DNA of 64,000 nt from Desulfosporosinus sp. (lineage in GTDB: Bacteria; Bacillota; Desulfitobacteriia; Desulfitobacteriales; Desulfitobacteriaceae): NCBI GenBank assembly GCA_035648035.1, contig DASRMG010000107.1, positions 1,046 through 65,045 of the forward strand. Reading direction: 5' to 3'. Made by a program: the position numbers and the translations under genes. Positions within the stretch are counted from its first letter, which is position 1. Each line of letters starts with the position of its first letter. Shown here piece by piece: positions 1 through 9,267 of this stretch. The notes under the pieces are model-generated. The model made no database searches. It saw only the letters and a list, made by a program, of their open reading frames with translations, and was not told the DNA's origin.

Positions 1-600
1 TACAAATCCTTAGTTGGGAGGGACTCTGGAGAAAAAACGTACCCAATTTGGCTCTTAGTTAATCCCAAATACCCTGGAGTTGTCTCTAGCGTGTGGAGAC
101 CTGTTTTAGATGAGATACAGGACAAAGTCTATAGGGAAATACATACAAGAATTGATACTAAGAATATATATATAAGAAGCGCTGTAAGCGATTGCGGAAT
201 AGTACCGGATACCTTAAATTGGTGGGGAAATGAAGTATCTGCAGAGATCAATATATTTAGAGAACTCATTATAGACTATAAGCCAAAGCTGCTTATCTCG
301 TTTGGTGCATTTACCTTTGAATTCATGAGGCGTGTCTCCGGAATCAAACCAAATAAGGGGCCAAAGTATTGGAGTGCTCCAGTTCTAAACGACGAATTCA
401 GAGCATCCCTTGAAAGGTTTGATGTCAATAAAACCAATATAATTCCCCTACTTCGGCGTGTAATTGAAAGCAATGAATTTATAGAGACTCAAGGTCATTT
501 TAGCCAAAGCGATAGTGAAAAGTACTTTCAATATGTTGGCACGAAGGTCGCTGAAAAGATTATTGAAAATAGAAGTATTCTAAATATTTGGCTTAAGTGA
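1..600 (+). CDS. Hypothetical protein, 5'-truncated by window edge; possible uracil-DNA glycosylase-like fold
   Basis: Frame is open from base 1 (YKSLVGRDSGEKTYPIWLLVNP...) to TGA at 600; YKPKLLISFG resembles the P-x-(V/L)-I-x-x-x-G strand of UDG-superfamily proteins (weak). Confidence 0.55.
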   Translation, partial: YKSLVGRDSGEKTYPIWLLVNPKYPGVVSSVWRPVLDEIQDKVYREIHTRIDTKNIYIRSAVSDCGIVPDTLNWWGNEVSAEINIFRELIIDYKPKLLISFGAFTFEFMRRVSGIKPNKGPKYWSAPVLNDEFRASLERFDVNKTNIIPLLRRVIESNEFIETQGHFSQSDSEKYFQYVGTKVAEKIIENRSILNIWLK

Positions 601-986
601 ATTATTTAGAATACTTTAACTCATCATCACTGCTTTGCAATCGAATTTGTGTAGGGTGGCAGTCATTATGCACTTCGAGTAGAGGTTTGATTAATAAGTT
701 GAACTTCTGAAGAGTTCACTTTACTTGGCAATAGTTTAAATCGATTATGAACATATAGGATAGCTATAGACGTTAAGGCACTATTGGTGTTAATCTTCAA
801 CTATGAGGTGTTACGAAAGATATATGAAAGAGGTGGTAGATCGTCAATGTATTAAGGCAAAGGCAATGTGAGTTATTTGTTTGTAAGTCGATCTTAGAAA
901 AGCAGCCTTGAAAGGCGCTAAGAAATTTAATCAGCGTGAAAGCGAAAATGGATCGAAAAAAATTAATGGAGGAGGGAAAGTTTAAT

Positions 987-2282
987 ATGAAAGCTTTATA
1001 CGAATCCTTAATGCAAGCTTCCAGAGCACACGCCAAGTGGGAGATCGAAACGTCTCTAGAAATTGTACAAAATCGTAAAAAATTACTAATACTACTAGTA
1101 ATGGCCCTGCCGCTTCTTATTCCAGCAATGGCTCACGCAGCCTCAGTACTTCCAGCTTTTATCGGAGGCAAATCAGCCTTTGGACCGTCATATTTTTCAC
1201 CTGTCACCTTTTATGGCTCTATAGGCGTGGGTCTCATAGCTGGCCTTATTACAGGGTGCATAGGGGCAGGAGGGGGTTTTGTCATCACCCCTGCACTGAT
1301 GAGCATGGGAGTAAAGGGTATATTAGCAGTAGGGACTGACATGTTTCACATCTTTGCTAAGGCTATTATGGGTACCACCCTACACAAGAAAATGGGTAAC
1401 GTTCACGTCGGTCTTGCAATCGCCTTCTTGGTAGGATCCTCACTGGGGGTCACTGGAGGAGGTACGTTAAATCGGGCATTATATAACTATAACCCCATAA
1501 TGAGCGATTTTGTAATAAGTGCTATATATGTAGTACTACTGGGATTCCTGGGCATCTTCGCGATGAGTGAGTATGTTGCTAGTAGGAAATTCGCTTCTAA
1601 GGACGGGGGCGACGTTCACGGTGGCCCCGAGAAAATGCCAGCCATAGGAGCTAAGCTACAATCCATTAACCTGGCTCCCATGATTAAATTTGATGAGCAC
1701 ATAGTCCCTGGTGGGAGAAAGATCTCCGGCGTCTTTGTAGCAATATGTGGAGCTGTGACGGGCCTTCTAGCTTCTATACTAGGAGTTGGCGGCGGTTTCG
1801 TTACCTTCCCAATGTTTGTATACGGTTTGGGTATCTCCACTGCTACCACTGTAGGTACAGATATCTTCCAAATTATTTTCACAGCTGGTTACGGTTCCAT
1901 AGCACAGTACGCAATCTACGGCTATGTATTCTACACACTAGCCATGGGCATGTTACTGGGTTCGTTATTCGGGATCCAAATAGGCGCCATCACGACACAG
2001 TTGGTCCCCAGTACTCATATCAAAGCCTTTTATGCAATTGCCATATTGGCGGGTTTTGTAAATAGGCTATTCGCCCTGCCACAAAAATTGGCAAAGATGG
2101 GGTATATCAGCCTATCCGCCTCTTCTGGTGCATTAATTAACACGATAGGAGTATGGCTATTCTTTGGGCTAATCATTATTTTCGGAGCGTGGATCATCGG
2201 TACATTTATAATAAATATACCGAAGCTCCGGCTTGATACAGACAATGATGCTAAGGTTTCCAAAGGAGGTGTATCCCAATGA
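987..2282 (+). CDS. Sulfite exporter TauE/SafE family membrane protein
   Basis: Duplicated G-x-GGGF motifs (GCIGAGGGFVITP, ILGVGGGFVTFP) and AVGTD/TVGTD; GGAGG RBS precedes ATG at 987. Confidence 0.9.
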   Translation: MKALYESLMQASRAHAKWEIETSLEIVQNRKKLLILLVMALPLLIPAMAHAASVLPAFIGGKSAFGPSYFSPVTFYGSIGVGLIAGLITGCIGAGGGFVITPALMSMGVKGILAVGTDMFHIFAKAIMGTTLHKKMGNVHVGLAIAFLVGSSLGVTGGGTLNRALYNYNPIMSDFVISAIYVVLLGFLGIFAMSEYVASRKFASKDGGDVHGGPEKMPAIGAKLQSINLAPMIKFDEHIVPGGRKISGVFVAICGAVTGLLASILGVGGGFVTFPMFVYGLGISTATTVGTDIFQIIFTAGYGSIAQYAIYGYVFYTLAMGMLLGSLFGIQIGAITTQLVPSTHIKAFYAIAILAGFVNRLFALPQKLAKMGYISLSASSGALINTIGVWLFFGLIIIFGAWIIGTFIINIPKLRLDTDNDAKVSKGGVSQ

Positions 2283-2995
2283 GTATAGTTCGAAACAAAA
2301 AGACTTTTACCATGGGAATGGCAATGATCCTGAGTTTTGTAGTAATCTATGTTGGTATGATGTCCCCCATCTTCGGTAACGGCAGGAATGGTCTGGAATA
2401 CGCTGATGATATGTTTAACTCCTTGTCTAAGGGCTCAGCCTATCTCATCAAGGACGCTCAAACTATTGCGGATGGTCAGATCGGGAAAAACATTAACGTG
2501 ACTATTAAAGCTCCATCACCTGAAGATGCCATAAAGTGGGGTAAATTGTATTCTGAAGCTGGTGCCGCAGTGACTGTTAAGGAATCTTCGGTGGCCATTG
2601 AAGGTGATTTCGGGAAAATTCTCGGCGCGGTTGTGGCCGACAGCGATTTCATGTATAACAATGACAGTAAATCATTGGAAACAAAATACGGTTACGATGG
2701 CCGTGAAGCAACTAACAACTGGAACAATTCCTTAGTAAAAATTGACGCGTCGATGAAAACTAAAGCGCAGTTTCAACAAAAATTTGACTTGATCAAAGTA
2801 CAACAAAAAGCTCTTGAGCCGGCCTACAACTACTACGGAGTTGAAATAAAGAAGGTCAGCGACTATAAAGCCACTCTTGCATTGCTCCTCTGCTTCTACC
2901 TTGTTTACACTATTTGGTACGGCTTCGGACTCTTCTATCTGTTTGACGGCATGGGTATAACTATACGCAAACCGAAGAAGAAATTAGAGGCATAA
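2279..2995 (+). CDS. Two-TM membrane protein co-encoded with TauE
   Basis: ATGA overlap with TauE stop; N- and C-terminal hydrophobic helices flanking a soluble domain. Confidence 0.8.
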   Translation: MSIVRNKKTFTMGMAMILSFVVIYVGMMSPIFGNGRNGLEYADDMFNSLSKGSAYLIKDAQTIADGQIGKNINVTIKAPSPEDAIKWGKLYSEAGAAVTVKESSVAIEGDFGKILGAVVADSDFMYNNDSKSLETKYGYDGREATNNWNNSLVKIDASMKTKAQFQQKFDLIKVQQKALEPAYNYYGVEIKKVSDYKATLALLLCFYLVYTIWYGFGLFYLFDGMGITIRKPKKKLEA

Positions 2996-3080
2996 ATATA
3001 TAACAATCGGTTCGGTTCTGAGTTTCTAGCGTGAATGATCTCTTAAAATCTTTCGGTTAGAACAGGGAACTGCGAGATTT

Positions 3081-3126
3081 GACCCTTTGCAACTGCTATC
3101 AACAGTTGCAAAGGGTCTATTTTATT
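3081..3126 (+). terminator. Rho-independent terminator
   Basis: GACCCTTTGCAACTG / CAGTTGCAAAGGGTC stem followed by T-rich tail. Confidence 0.8.
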
Positions 3127-3329
3127 TGAGGAGGTAGTCGCGAAAGTGACAGGCAAGCCAACTTTCTATACGGGGGGTGGATGACTCAAAAGTGGAGATG
3201 CCACAAAAATTAAGGTCTGCTTAATTGGCGATATCATAAATGAACGTATTGCTTCTCAAAGCTCATAGGCAAATTTCTTAAATAGTTCCTTATTTGAGAA
3301 ACGAGTATTTTGGCATCTTGGCTCTAAGT

Positions 3330-3461
3330 CTGTTTTATAAAAGTTCGTGTATGTCAGGTATCTTGGGGTTGGGTAACATGGAGGACATTGCTTATAATGA
3401 TCAATCCCATTGCTACGAAGCCTTTGATTCGGAACAGAAGATCTACCGAAAGGTGAAGTAG
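3330..3461 (+). pseudogene. C-terminal remnant of CheR-type (RsbM-like) methyltransferase
   Basis: Translates LFYKSSCMSGILGLGNMEDIAYNDQSHCYEAFDSEQKIYRKVK*, matching the typical CheR C-terminus; no N-terminal part present. Confidence 0.65.
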
Positions 3462-3535
3462 TCTGAAGTAAACATGGTTGCACCATCAAATAATGCATTT
3501 TAGAATGCCCATAGAGAGAAGATAGTGAATGAGCA

Positions 3536-4612
3536 ATGAATATCTTGATTGTTGACGACCGACGAGAAAATTTGCTGGCTTTAGAAGCAGTGCTTAATTC
3601 ACCAGATTATCATCTGATTTCTGCCAGTTCTGGCGAAGAGGCGTTAAAATGTTTATTAAAGGACGATTTTGCCGTGATCCTGTTGGACGTGCAGATGCCA
3701 GGAATGGATGGCTTTGAAACTGCCAGCCTCATCAGAGCCAGGAAAAGAAACAAAGATACACCCATTATTTTCATTACGGCGATTTGCCAGAGTACTGAAA
3801 ATATGATGCAAGGTTATTCGCTTGGGGCTATTGACTATTTGATAAAACCGTTCCATCCTCAAACGCTGAAATTAAAGATAGAAGCCTTTGTGAAAATGTA
3901 TGATCGGGAGATGCAGCATGAGAAGGAGCAACGAAGGTTGTTCGAAAAAGAAATGGCTCATCTAGACCGCATGAACCTTGTGGGGCAAATGGCCGCAGGG
4001 ATCGGCCACGAAATCAGAAACCCACTCACCACCGTTCGAGGATTCCTTCAGTTACTGGGCGCCAAAGAAGAATTTCAACGATTTGACGACTACTTTGAGC
4101 TAATGATCGAGGAGCTTGACAGGGCAAATTCTATCATTACTGAATTCTTGAGCCTAGCGAAGAACAAGACAGCAGATTTGGAGCCGTTGAATATCAACAC
4201 CGTGCTTGAAAAACTGTTCCCATTGATTCAAGCGGACGCAATACTTAGTGGTAACGACATCATAATGGATCTTCAAGATATTAAAGTCTTACTTCTAGAT
4301 GAAAAAGAGATTCGCCAGCTCATTTTAAATCTAGTGAAGAATGGACTGGAAGCGATGTCCGGTGCTGGGAAACTGTCGATCAGGACTTTCATGGAGGATG
4401 AGGAAACAGTTTTGTCAGTGGGAGATGAGGGCAGTGGTATTAAAGATGAAGACTTAGAAAATATCGGGTCACCTTTTTACACGACGAAAGTGAGCGGCAC
4501 TGGTTTGGGGTTGGCCATTTGTTACAGCATTACCACAAGACACAACGCTATAATCCAGATTAAGACGGGCCCTTTGGGTACCACCTTTTTAGTGAAGTTT
4601 AAGCACCACTAG
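3536..4612 (+). CDS. Hybrid response regulator / sensor histidine kinase (REC-HisKA-HATPase)
   Basis: REC (ILIVDD, LLDVQMPGMDG, KP), H-box GHEIRNPL, N-box NLVKNGLEAM, G-box GTGLGL. Confidence 0.93.
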   Translation: MNILIVDDRRENLLALEAVLNSPDYHLISASSGEEALKCLLKDDFAVILLDVQMPGMDGFETASLIRARKRNKDTPIIFITAICQSTENMMQGYSLGAIDYLIKPFHPQTLKLKIEAFVKMYDREMQHEKEQRRLFEKEMAHLDRMNLVGQMAAGIGHEIRNPLTTVRGFLQLLGAKEEFQRFDDYFELMIEELDRANSIITEFLSLAKNKTADLEPLNINTVLEKLFPLIQADAILSGNDIIMDLQDIKVLLLDEKEIRQLILNLVKNGLEAMSGAGKLSIRTFMEDEETVLSVGDEGSGIKDEDLENIGSPFYTTKVSGTGLGLAICYSITTRHNAIIQIKTGPLGTTFLVKFKHH

Positions 4613-4809
4613 TAATAACATAAGGGATAATTGAGTTCAGAGAACGAGTTGGGAAAATATTTAAGGGTATGAGGCAATACCCGAAGGATCCATCGTAGCT
4701 TTAGCTGGCTAAATAGAGGTGGTAATTCAGCTAGAATAGTGTTATATTTTATCAAGGCTAATAGTTAAATAGTTGTTTGCTTTGAATAGGGCAAAAAGGA
4801 GTTACTTGT

Positions 4810-4962
4810 ATGAGTAAGAATAGTGTTGGCGCAGGTATTGGGATTGGTAACATTATTGCTATCGTTATATCATGGTCCGTAAATCACTCCATATTATGGG
4901 CTCTAATACACGGAGTATTAGGTTGGTTATATATCGTATACTATGTTCTGTTAGTTAGGTAG
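4810..4962 (+). CDS. Small (50 aa) two-helix membrane protein, not in ORF track
   Basis: AAGGAG RBS then MSKNSVGAGIGIGNIIAIVISWSVNHSILWALIHGVLGWLYIVYYVLLVR*. Confidence 0.8.
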   Translation: MSKNSVGAGIGIGNIIAIVISWSVNHSILWALIHGVLGWLYIVYYVLLVR

Positions 4963-5031
4963 GTAGACTTTCACCATCGGTATCAGGAGAAAATTTCTGC
5001 AGGGCAAAACGAAATGACCTAGCAAAAGATG

Positions 5032-5069
5032 ATTAAGAGGTAGTTGCTAATATGCAACTACCTCTTAAT
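5032..5069. terminator. Hairpin between convergent genes, probable bidirectional terminator
   Basis: ATTAAGAGGTAGTTGC / GCAACTACCTCTTAAT inverted repeat. Confidence 0.7.
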
Positions 5070-5586
5070 TTGTGGTCTTTTTTGTTCTTTGCCACGTCCT
5101 TCCGTTATAAAAGAAATACGCTAACAGATAGATTATAATGATTAAAATAAATGTATATGAAGGTTGCCAGTGTTTCATATGGTAATATTTTATCCAAACG
5201 GCCATTGGCTGAGCAATAAACGCACCGAATGCTGCCAGAGTTACTGATTTAATGATGGGGTTTACCTTGGGTTTGAATTGTAGGAGGAACATCGTTGTAA
5301 CGGGTATAACACAGAAGTCCCAGGTAATATAACCGGGAATTAAAGGAATATCTTTGATGGGATATGACCAGAGGCCCAAAGCTAAGCCAAATGGTATCCA
5401 GGTAAAAAGCAATAATTGAAATGAACAGCCCCGCAAAAAGTAAGCGATGTGTATTTTTTTGTCCCTCCATATGATCCAAGCAATCCAACTACCGACCGAT
5501 AGAAAGATAAGTGCCCACCATCTCCAAGTAAAGACCACTGTATTCAGCCATAATTCATAACTTAGAAGATTTGCCTCATGGAGCAT
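5065..5586 (-). CDS. CBO0543-family membrane protein with an internal frame-shifted segment
   Basis: FTWRWW, GLWSYP and WDFCVIP motifs; family-like segment NTHRLLFAGLFISIIAFYLDTI lies in a different frame (ORF 5249..5488). Confidence 0.7.
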   Translation of the reverse strand: MLHEANLLSYELWLNTVVFTWRWWALIFLSVGSWIAWIIWRDKKIHIAYFLRGCSFQLLLFTWIPFGLALGLWSYPIKDIPLIPGYITWDFCVIPVTTMFLLQFKPKVNPIIKSVTLAAFGAFIAQPMAVWIKYYHMKHWQPSYTFILIIIIYLLAYFFYNGRTWQRTKKTTN

Positions 5587-5789
5587 TGCATTGGCTTTCT
5601 CTATCAGGGGGTTTACGTTTAATGTAATAATTATCCACCTTTTTCAGCTTTGAAACGGGTTTTTTGTATAAGGACATTGGCTTGCTTAAGCAATTCATTG
5701 GGTACATTTACTTCAGGATTTGTGTAAGGATTCAAGCGATTAACACCTCCAGCATGATCGTGTATTTCACCAATATAGGAAAGATCGTT

Positions 5790-6296
5790 TTATTTAAATA
5801 TGGCGAATTCCAAATCGTATAAGTAAATTGTTAAAAAGGCCAGAGCAAATGATGGAGGCCAGACCCAAAGCGGTTTTTTGTGATGTATTATAAGAAGAGG
5901 GAACATTAGACAGTTAAAACCAAAAGACCAATAGATATTCCAGCCATAATGGTAAGAAAAATACCCTAATCTCACTGAAAGGAATTCAACGCAAGTGTAT
6001 AGAAGAGCCCAGAAGAGGATAAATGCTAGCCCTTTAATTTTACTTACCTTCAAATAAACCGGTAAAAAGACTATACATGTACAGGGGAAAATTACAAAGG
6101 CAATGAGGCATTCAACAAAATGGCTACTGAAAATGGGTGATTCATACTGCCAAAGAGGTTTGTCAAAGGATAATATTATATAAGCTAGATCGGCAAGGAT
6201 CATATACAAAATTGTAGGGTAATATAATTTCCAGTGTCTCCAATCACCCCATTTCCAGGTAATCAAAATAGATAGGCATAATAGTATGAAGATCAA
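5790..6296 (-). CDS. CBO0543-family membrane protein
   Basis: WKWGDWRHWKLYYPTILY, LWQY, GYFSYHYGWNIYWS motifs; overlaps the CDF stop. Confidence 0.75.
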   Translation of the reverse strand: MIFILLCLSILITWKWGDWRHWKLYYPTILYMILADLAYIILSFDKPLWQYESPIFSSHFVECLIAFVIFPCTCIVFLPVYLKVSKIKGLAFILFWALLYTCVEFLSVRLGYFSYHYGWNIYWSFGFNCLMFPLLIIHHKKPLWVWPPSFALAFLTIYLYDLEFAIFK

Positions 6297-7285
6297 GCAT
6301 CTTTCAACTCCGATCGCTCTTCAGTCTCGGTAGGTGGCCAATCCTGGATGCAGTTATCTTCAATAATCCCTAAAGTAACATCGTTGATATCTTCAAAAGT
6401 CAAGAGAAGATCTCGAATCCTCGATTTAATGGTGCTTGCTTTCGCTAAGGTGAAACCGGAACGCAGTTCAACGTAACCTTCGACATGATAAAAACGCCCT
6501 TCTTGGAGAATGCGCATTTTATTAATATCGGTTACGTCAGGATCGGACATAATAATTTGTGAAACCTTGTCTTCGACTTCCTTCGGTGCGGAAACACCGA
6601 TGAGCCCTATCATGTTGTCATAGCCTACTCGATAGGCAACCCCACCCATGAGAAGTCCGATGATGATGGCTGCAACCCCATCTAAAGACTTGATCTGAGT
6701 GAATTTCGTGAGAAGTATAGCAACAAGGGCTAGTACAGCGCCAAAGGTGGCGACAAGATCCTCGTAGAAGACGAGGCGAGTCGCTGGAGAGGCTCGATTC
6801 ACATTTTTAAGGGCAACAGAAATTAACAAAAATCCCTTTCCTTCAGACCGGGTTTCTCTGGCAATTTCACGTATAGCCTTCAATAAGACAAAACCGTCAA
6901 TACCCATGGAGGCGACGAGACTGAAAATAATCAGTCCTAGATTACTGATGGGTACTGGGTATTGGATTAAATGAATCCCTTCGAGGACGGTCTCATAGGC
7001 CATGATCGTAACAATGATGACGGCACCCATGCAAAATACATTGATGAGACGTCCAAATCCGGTCGGAAAACGGGAGGTTGGTTTTCGTTCAGCAAGAATA
7101 CTTCCGCTAAAGACGAATATTTGGTTGATCGCATCTGCACCCGTGTGCATTGCTTCTGCAAACATAGCACCACTGCCGCTTGTAAATGCTGCTATTCCTT
7201 TAAGTATGAGCAGGAGGAGATTACCTAGGGCGGCGTAGGATGATGAAGCATTTCCTTTTCTAATGAGTTCCCAAGCTTTGTTCAT
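6293..7285 (-). CDS. Cation diffusion facilitator (CDF) transporter
   Basis: SGAMFAEAMHTGAD, FPTGFGR, EDLVA motifs and C-terminal cytoplasmic domain. Confidence 0.9.
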   Translation of the reverse strand: MNKAWELIRKGNASSSYAALGNLLLLILKGIAAFTSGSGAMFAEAMHTGADAINQIFVFSGSILAERKPTSRFPTGFGRLINVFCMGAVIIVTIMAYETVLEGIHLIQYPVPISNLGLIIFSLVASMGIDGFVLLKAIREIARETRSEGKGFLLISVALKNVNRASPATRLVFYEDLVATFGAVLALVAILLTKFTQIKSLDGVAAIIIGLLMGGVAYRVGYDNMIGLIGVSAPKEVEDKVSQIIMSDPDVTDINKMRILQEGRFYHVEGYVELRSGFTLAKASTIKSRIRDLLLTFEDINDVTLGIIEDNCIQDWPPTETEERSELKDA

Positions 7286-7414
7286 TTTGTCTCCTTAGAT
7301 TTATTCAGGTACGCCATTGTTTTCTTGGTTAGCATCCCATTATTTTCAAGGTTTATTCCAAGAACGTGACACAAGACAAATGGTAAACATATCCTATAGT
7401 GTAATATAGGAATA

Positions 7415-8050
7415 TTGAAAGCGGTGAAAGGGATGAGTTTATATCTGGCGTTGGGTGATTCAATTACTGCAGGGTATGGGGTTGAAAGTCTATCTTCGTT
7501 TCCAACGCTCTATGGCAATTTTCTTAGGAGGCATAACTCCGAGTTGTTGGTTCATAATCTAGGCGTAAATGGTTTAACGACACAGGGCCTAGTTCAGTTA
7601 TTACAGTGTAATAGTAGCCTGCGTCACCTAATTACTCGGGCATCTTTGATCACGATCACCATTGGCTCTAATGATCTACTTCGTCTTATAAAGAATTTTA
7701 ACCAGCCCATTAACACAGCTCAGTTACCGATGATCTTAGGTAACATGAGAAGAAATCTTGTGCAAATCGGTGAAATGGTTAGGCGTATGAATCCTACGGC
7801 CATCGTAAAAGTAGCCACGCTGTATAATCCCCTACCAGCCGGCCCATACGCTCAATATGATGTACCCGTGCAAAGGGTTCTTGACGTTGCCAATAGTATG
7901 GTGATTAGTTCGGCAAAGCGATATGGGTTTGTGGTCGTTGCATTAGATCGAGTGATCAGAGGAAAAGAACGTTTTCTAATCGGCCCTGATTATATACATC
8001 CCAGTCTGACTGGGTATAGGGTCATCGCCAAGGCGTTTGCTAACTATTGA
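7415..8050 (+). CDS. SGNH/GDSL hydrolase
   Basis: LGDSITAG, GVNG, IGSND, DYIHP blocks; true start may be ATG 7433. Confidence 0.9.
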   Translation: MKAVKGMSLYLALGDSITAGYGVESLSSFPTLYGNFLRRHNSELLVHNLGVNGLTTQGLVQLLQCNSSLRHLITRASLITITIGSNDLLRLIKNFNQPINTAQLPMILGNMRRNLVQIGEMVRRMNPTAIVKVATLYNPLPAGPYAQYDVPVQRVLDVANSMVISSAKRYGFVVVALDRVIRGKERFLIGPDYIHPSLTGYRVIAKAFANY

Positions 8051-8063
8051 GTTTGAGCAAAAA

Positions 8064-8101
8064 TAATAACCCATAACCTTATATAAGGCTATGGGTTATT
8101 T
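8064..8101. terminator. Bidirectional terminator
   Basis: AATAACCCATAACCTTA / TAAGGCTATGGGTTATT hairpin between convergent genes. Confidence 0.7.
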
Positions 8102-8102
8102 C

Positions 8103-8756
8103 TTATCGTAAGGGAGGTCGCTTGGGATATCTATTCGTAAAATACCAATAAAGTCCCACTGACCCAAACGCGACGGCACCGATTGCTAGAGCTAACAATA
8201 GCCGTCGGGGATGATGTGAGATGTGCCATAAATCATGTCCTACCCAAGATTCCCAAAGGATCATGGGTATTTTTCCGAGCAGTGAGGCTAACAAGAACGA
8301 AGGGAAGCTCATAAGAGATAAGCCCGCCGCATAATTCACCGCCGCAGCGGGTAGTACTGGAATAAGTCGTGAGAGAAGGACCACGGAAAAACTATTTCCT
8401 CTTAGAAGCGCGCTCCATTTTCCTAGCTTCGTCATCTTTGGCTGTGCCCATGTTTGACCAAGCGTACGAGCTAACCAAAACCCCAGAGAGGCACCGATCA
8501 AGCTGCCGAGCAAGGAAAGCAAAAAACCACCGATCCACCCGAAGAGGAGGATGTTAATTCCCGCCATTAAAACAAACGGGATCACTGGAAAAAGTGCCAA
8601 AACTGTGATGATAGCAAGGTCAACAAAAATGCTTAAAAGTCCCCACTGTTCGACAAACGCTTGTAAATGCTCAGGGTTTTGTAACATAGGATAAAGGGAA
8701 ATCACTAGAGTGAGGGAAATGAGCAACGTCAGATAGGAGAGGCTTTTCTTATTCAT
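8103..8756 (-). CDS. TVP38/TMEM64 (DedA superfamily, VTT domain) membrane protein
   Basis: FPVIP, GASLGFWLARTLG, SRLIPVLP, VNYAAGL motifs. Confidence 0.9.
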   Translation of the reverse strand: MNKKSLSYLTLLISLTLVISLYPMLQNPEHLQAFVEQWGLLSIFVDLAIITVLALFPVIPFVLMAGINILLFGWIGGFLLSLLGSLIGASLGFWLARTLGQTWAQPKMTKLGKWSALLRGNSFSVVLLSRLIPVLPAAAVNYAAGLSLMSFPSFLLASLLGKIPMILWESWVGHDLWHISHHPRRLLLALAIGAVAFGSVGLYWYFTNRYPKRPPLR

Positions 8757-9267
8757 GTCTTATAAGACGGAGCGTCGTATATCGTTCAGCAGCTGGGAGG
8801 TTGCGCTTGAATTTGAATTTCAGTTCCTGGATCGTTGCCATTTTATCAGCCATCATAACAATAAATGCCTCTCTGCTGCGAGGCATTCGAATGGTGAGGG
8901 GCCACATATGGCTTAAAATAATGTCTTTTTCCTTATCACTCAATGTAAAGCAACGTTCCGCATTCTGGCAGGCAATACGAGGATGTCGAAAGCCATGCCA
9001 CCTTGTCCCGTCGGGTCGAAGTTTATGCCAATCGTATAAGAAAAAGTCATGAAGTAGGGCACCTGAAGTAACCGCATGCGTATCTAACTTTACGATACTT
9101 TCTAGTCGCGTTGACCAGTTATAAGCAATTTGAGCTACACGGAGGGAGTGCTCAAGGGTTGTAAAAGGTCGGTGATGAGTATATGAAGCCAACTGTTTAT
9201 ACTCTTCGTGATTCAAGATGTCATCAACACGTTCTGCTAAACTCAATGCATACACCTTCCTATTCAA
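8749..9267 (-). CDS. HD-domain phosphohydrolase
   Basis: EHSLRVA, GALLHDFFLYDW, HGFRHP, SHMWP, ADK. Confidence 0.9.
   Translation of the reverse strand: MNRKVYALSLAERVDDILNHEEYKQLASYTHHRPFTTLEHSLRVAQIAYNWSTRLESIVKLDTHAVTSGALLHDFFLYDWHKLRPDGTRWHGFRHPRIACQNAERCFTLSDKEKDIILSHMWPLTIRMPRSREAFIVMMADKMATIQELKFKFKRNLPAAERYTTLRLIRHE

Noticed and set aside
3256-3498. 80-aa minus-strand ORF
   Set aside because: Antisense to the CheR remnant, with no recognisable features.
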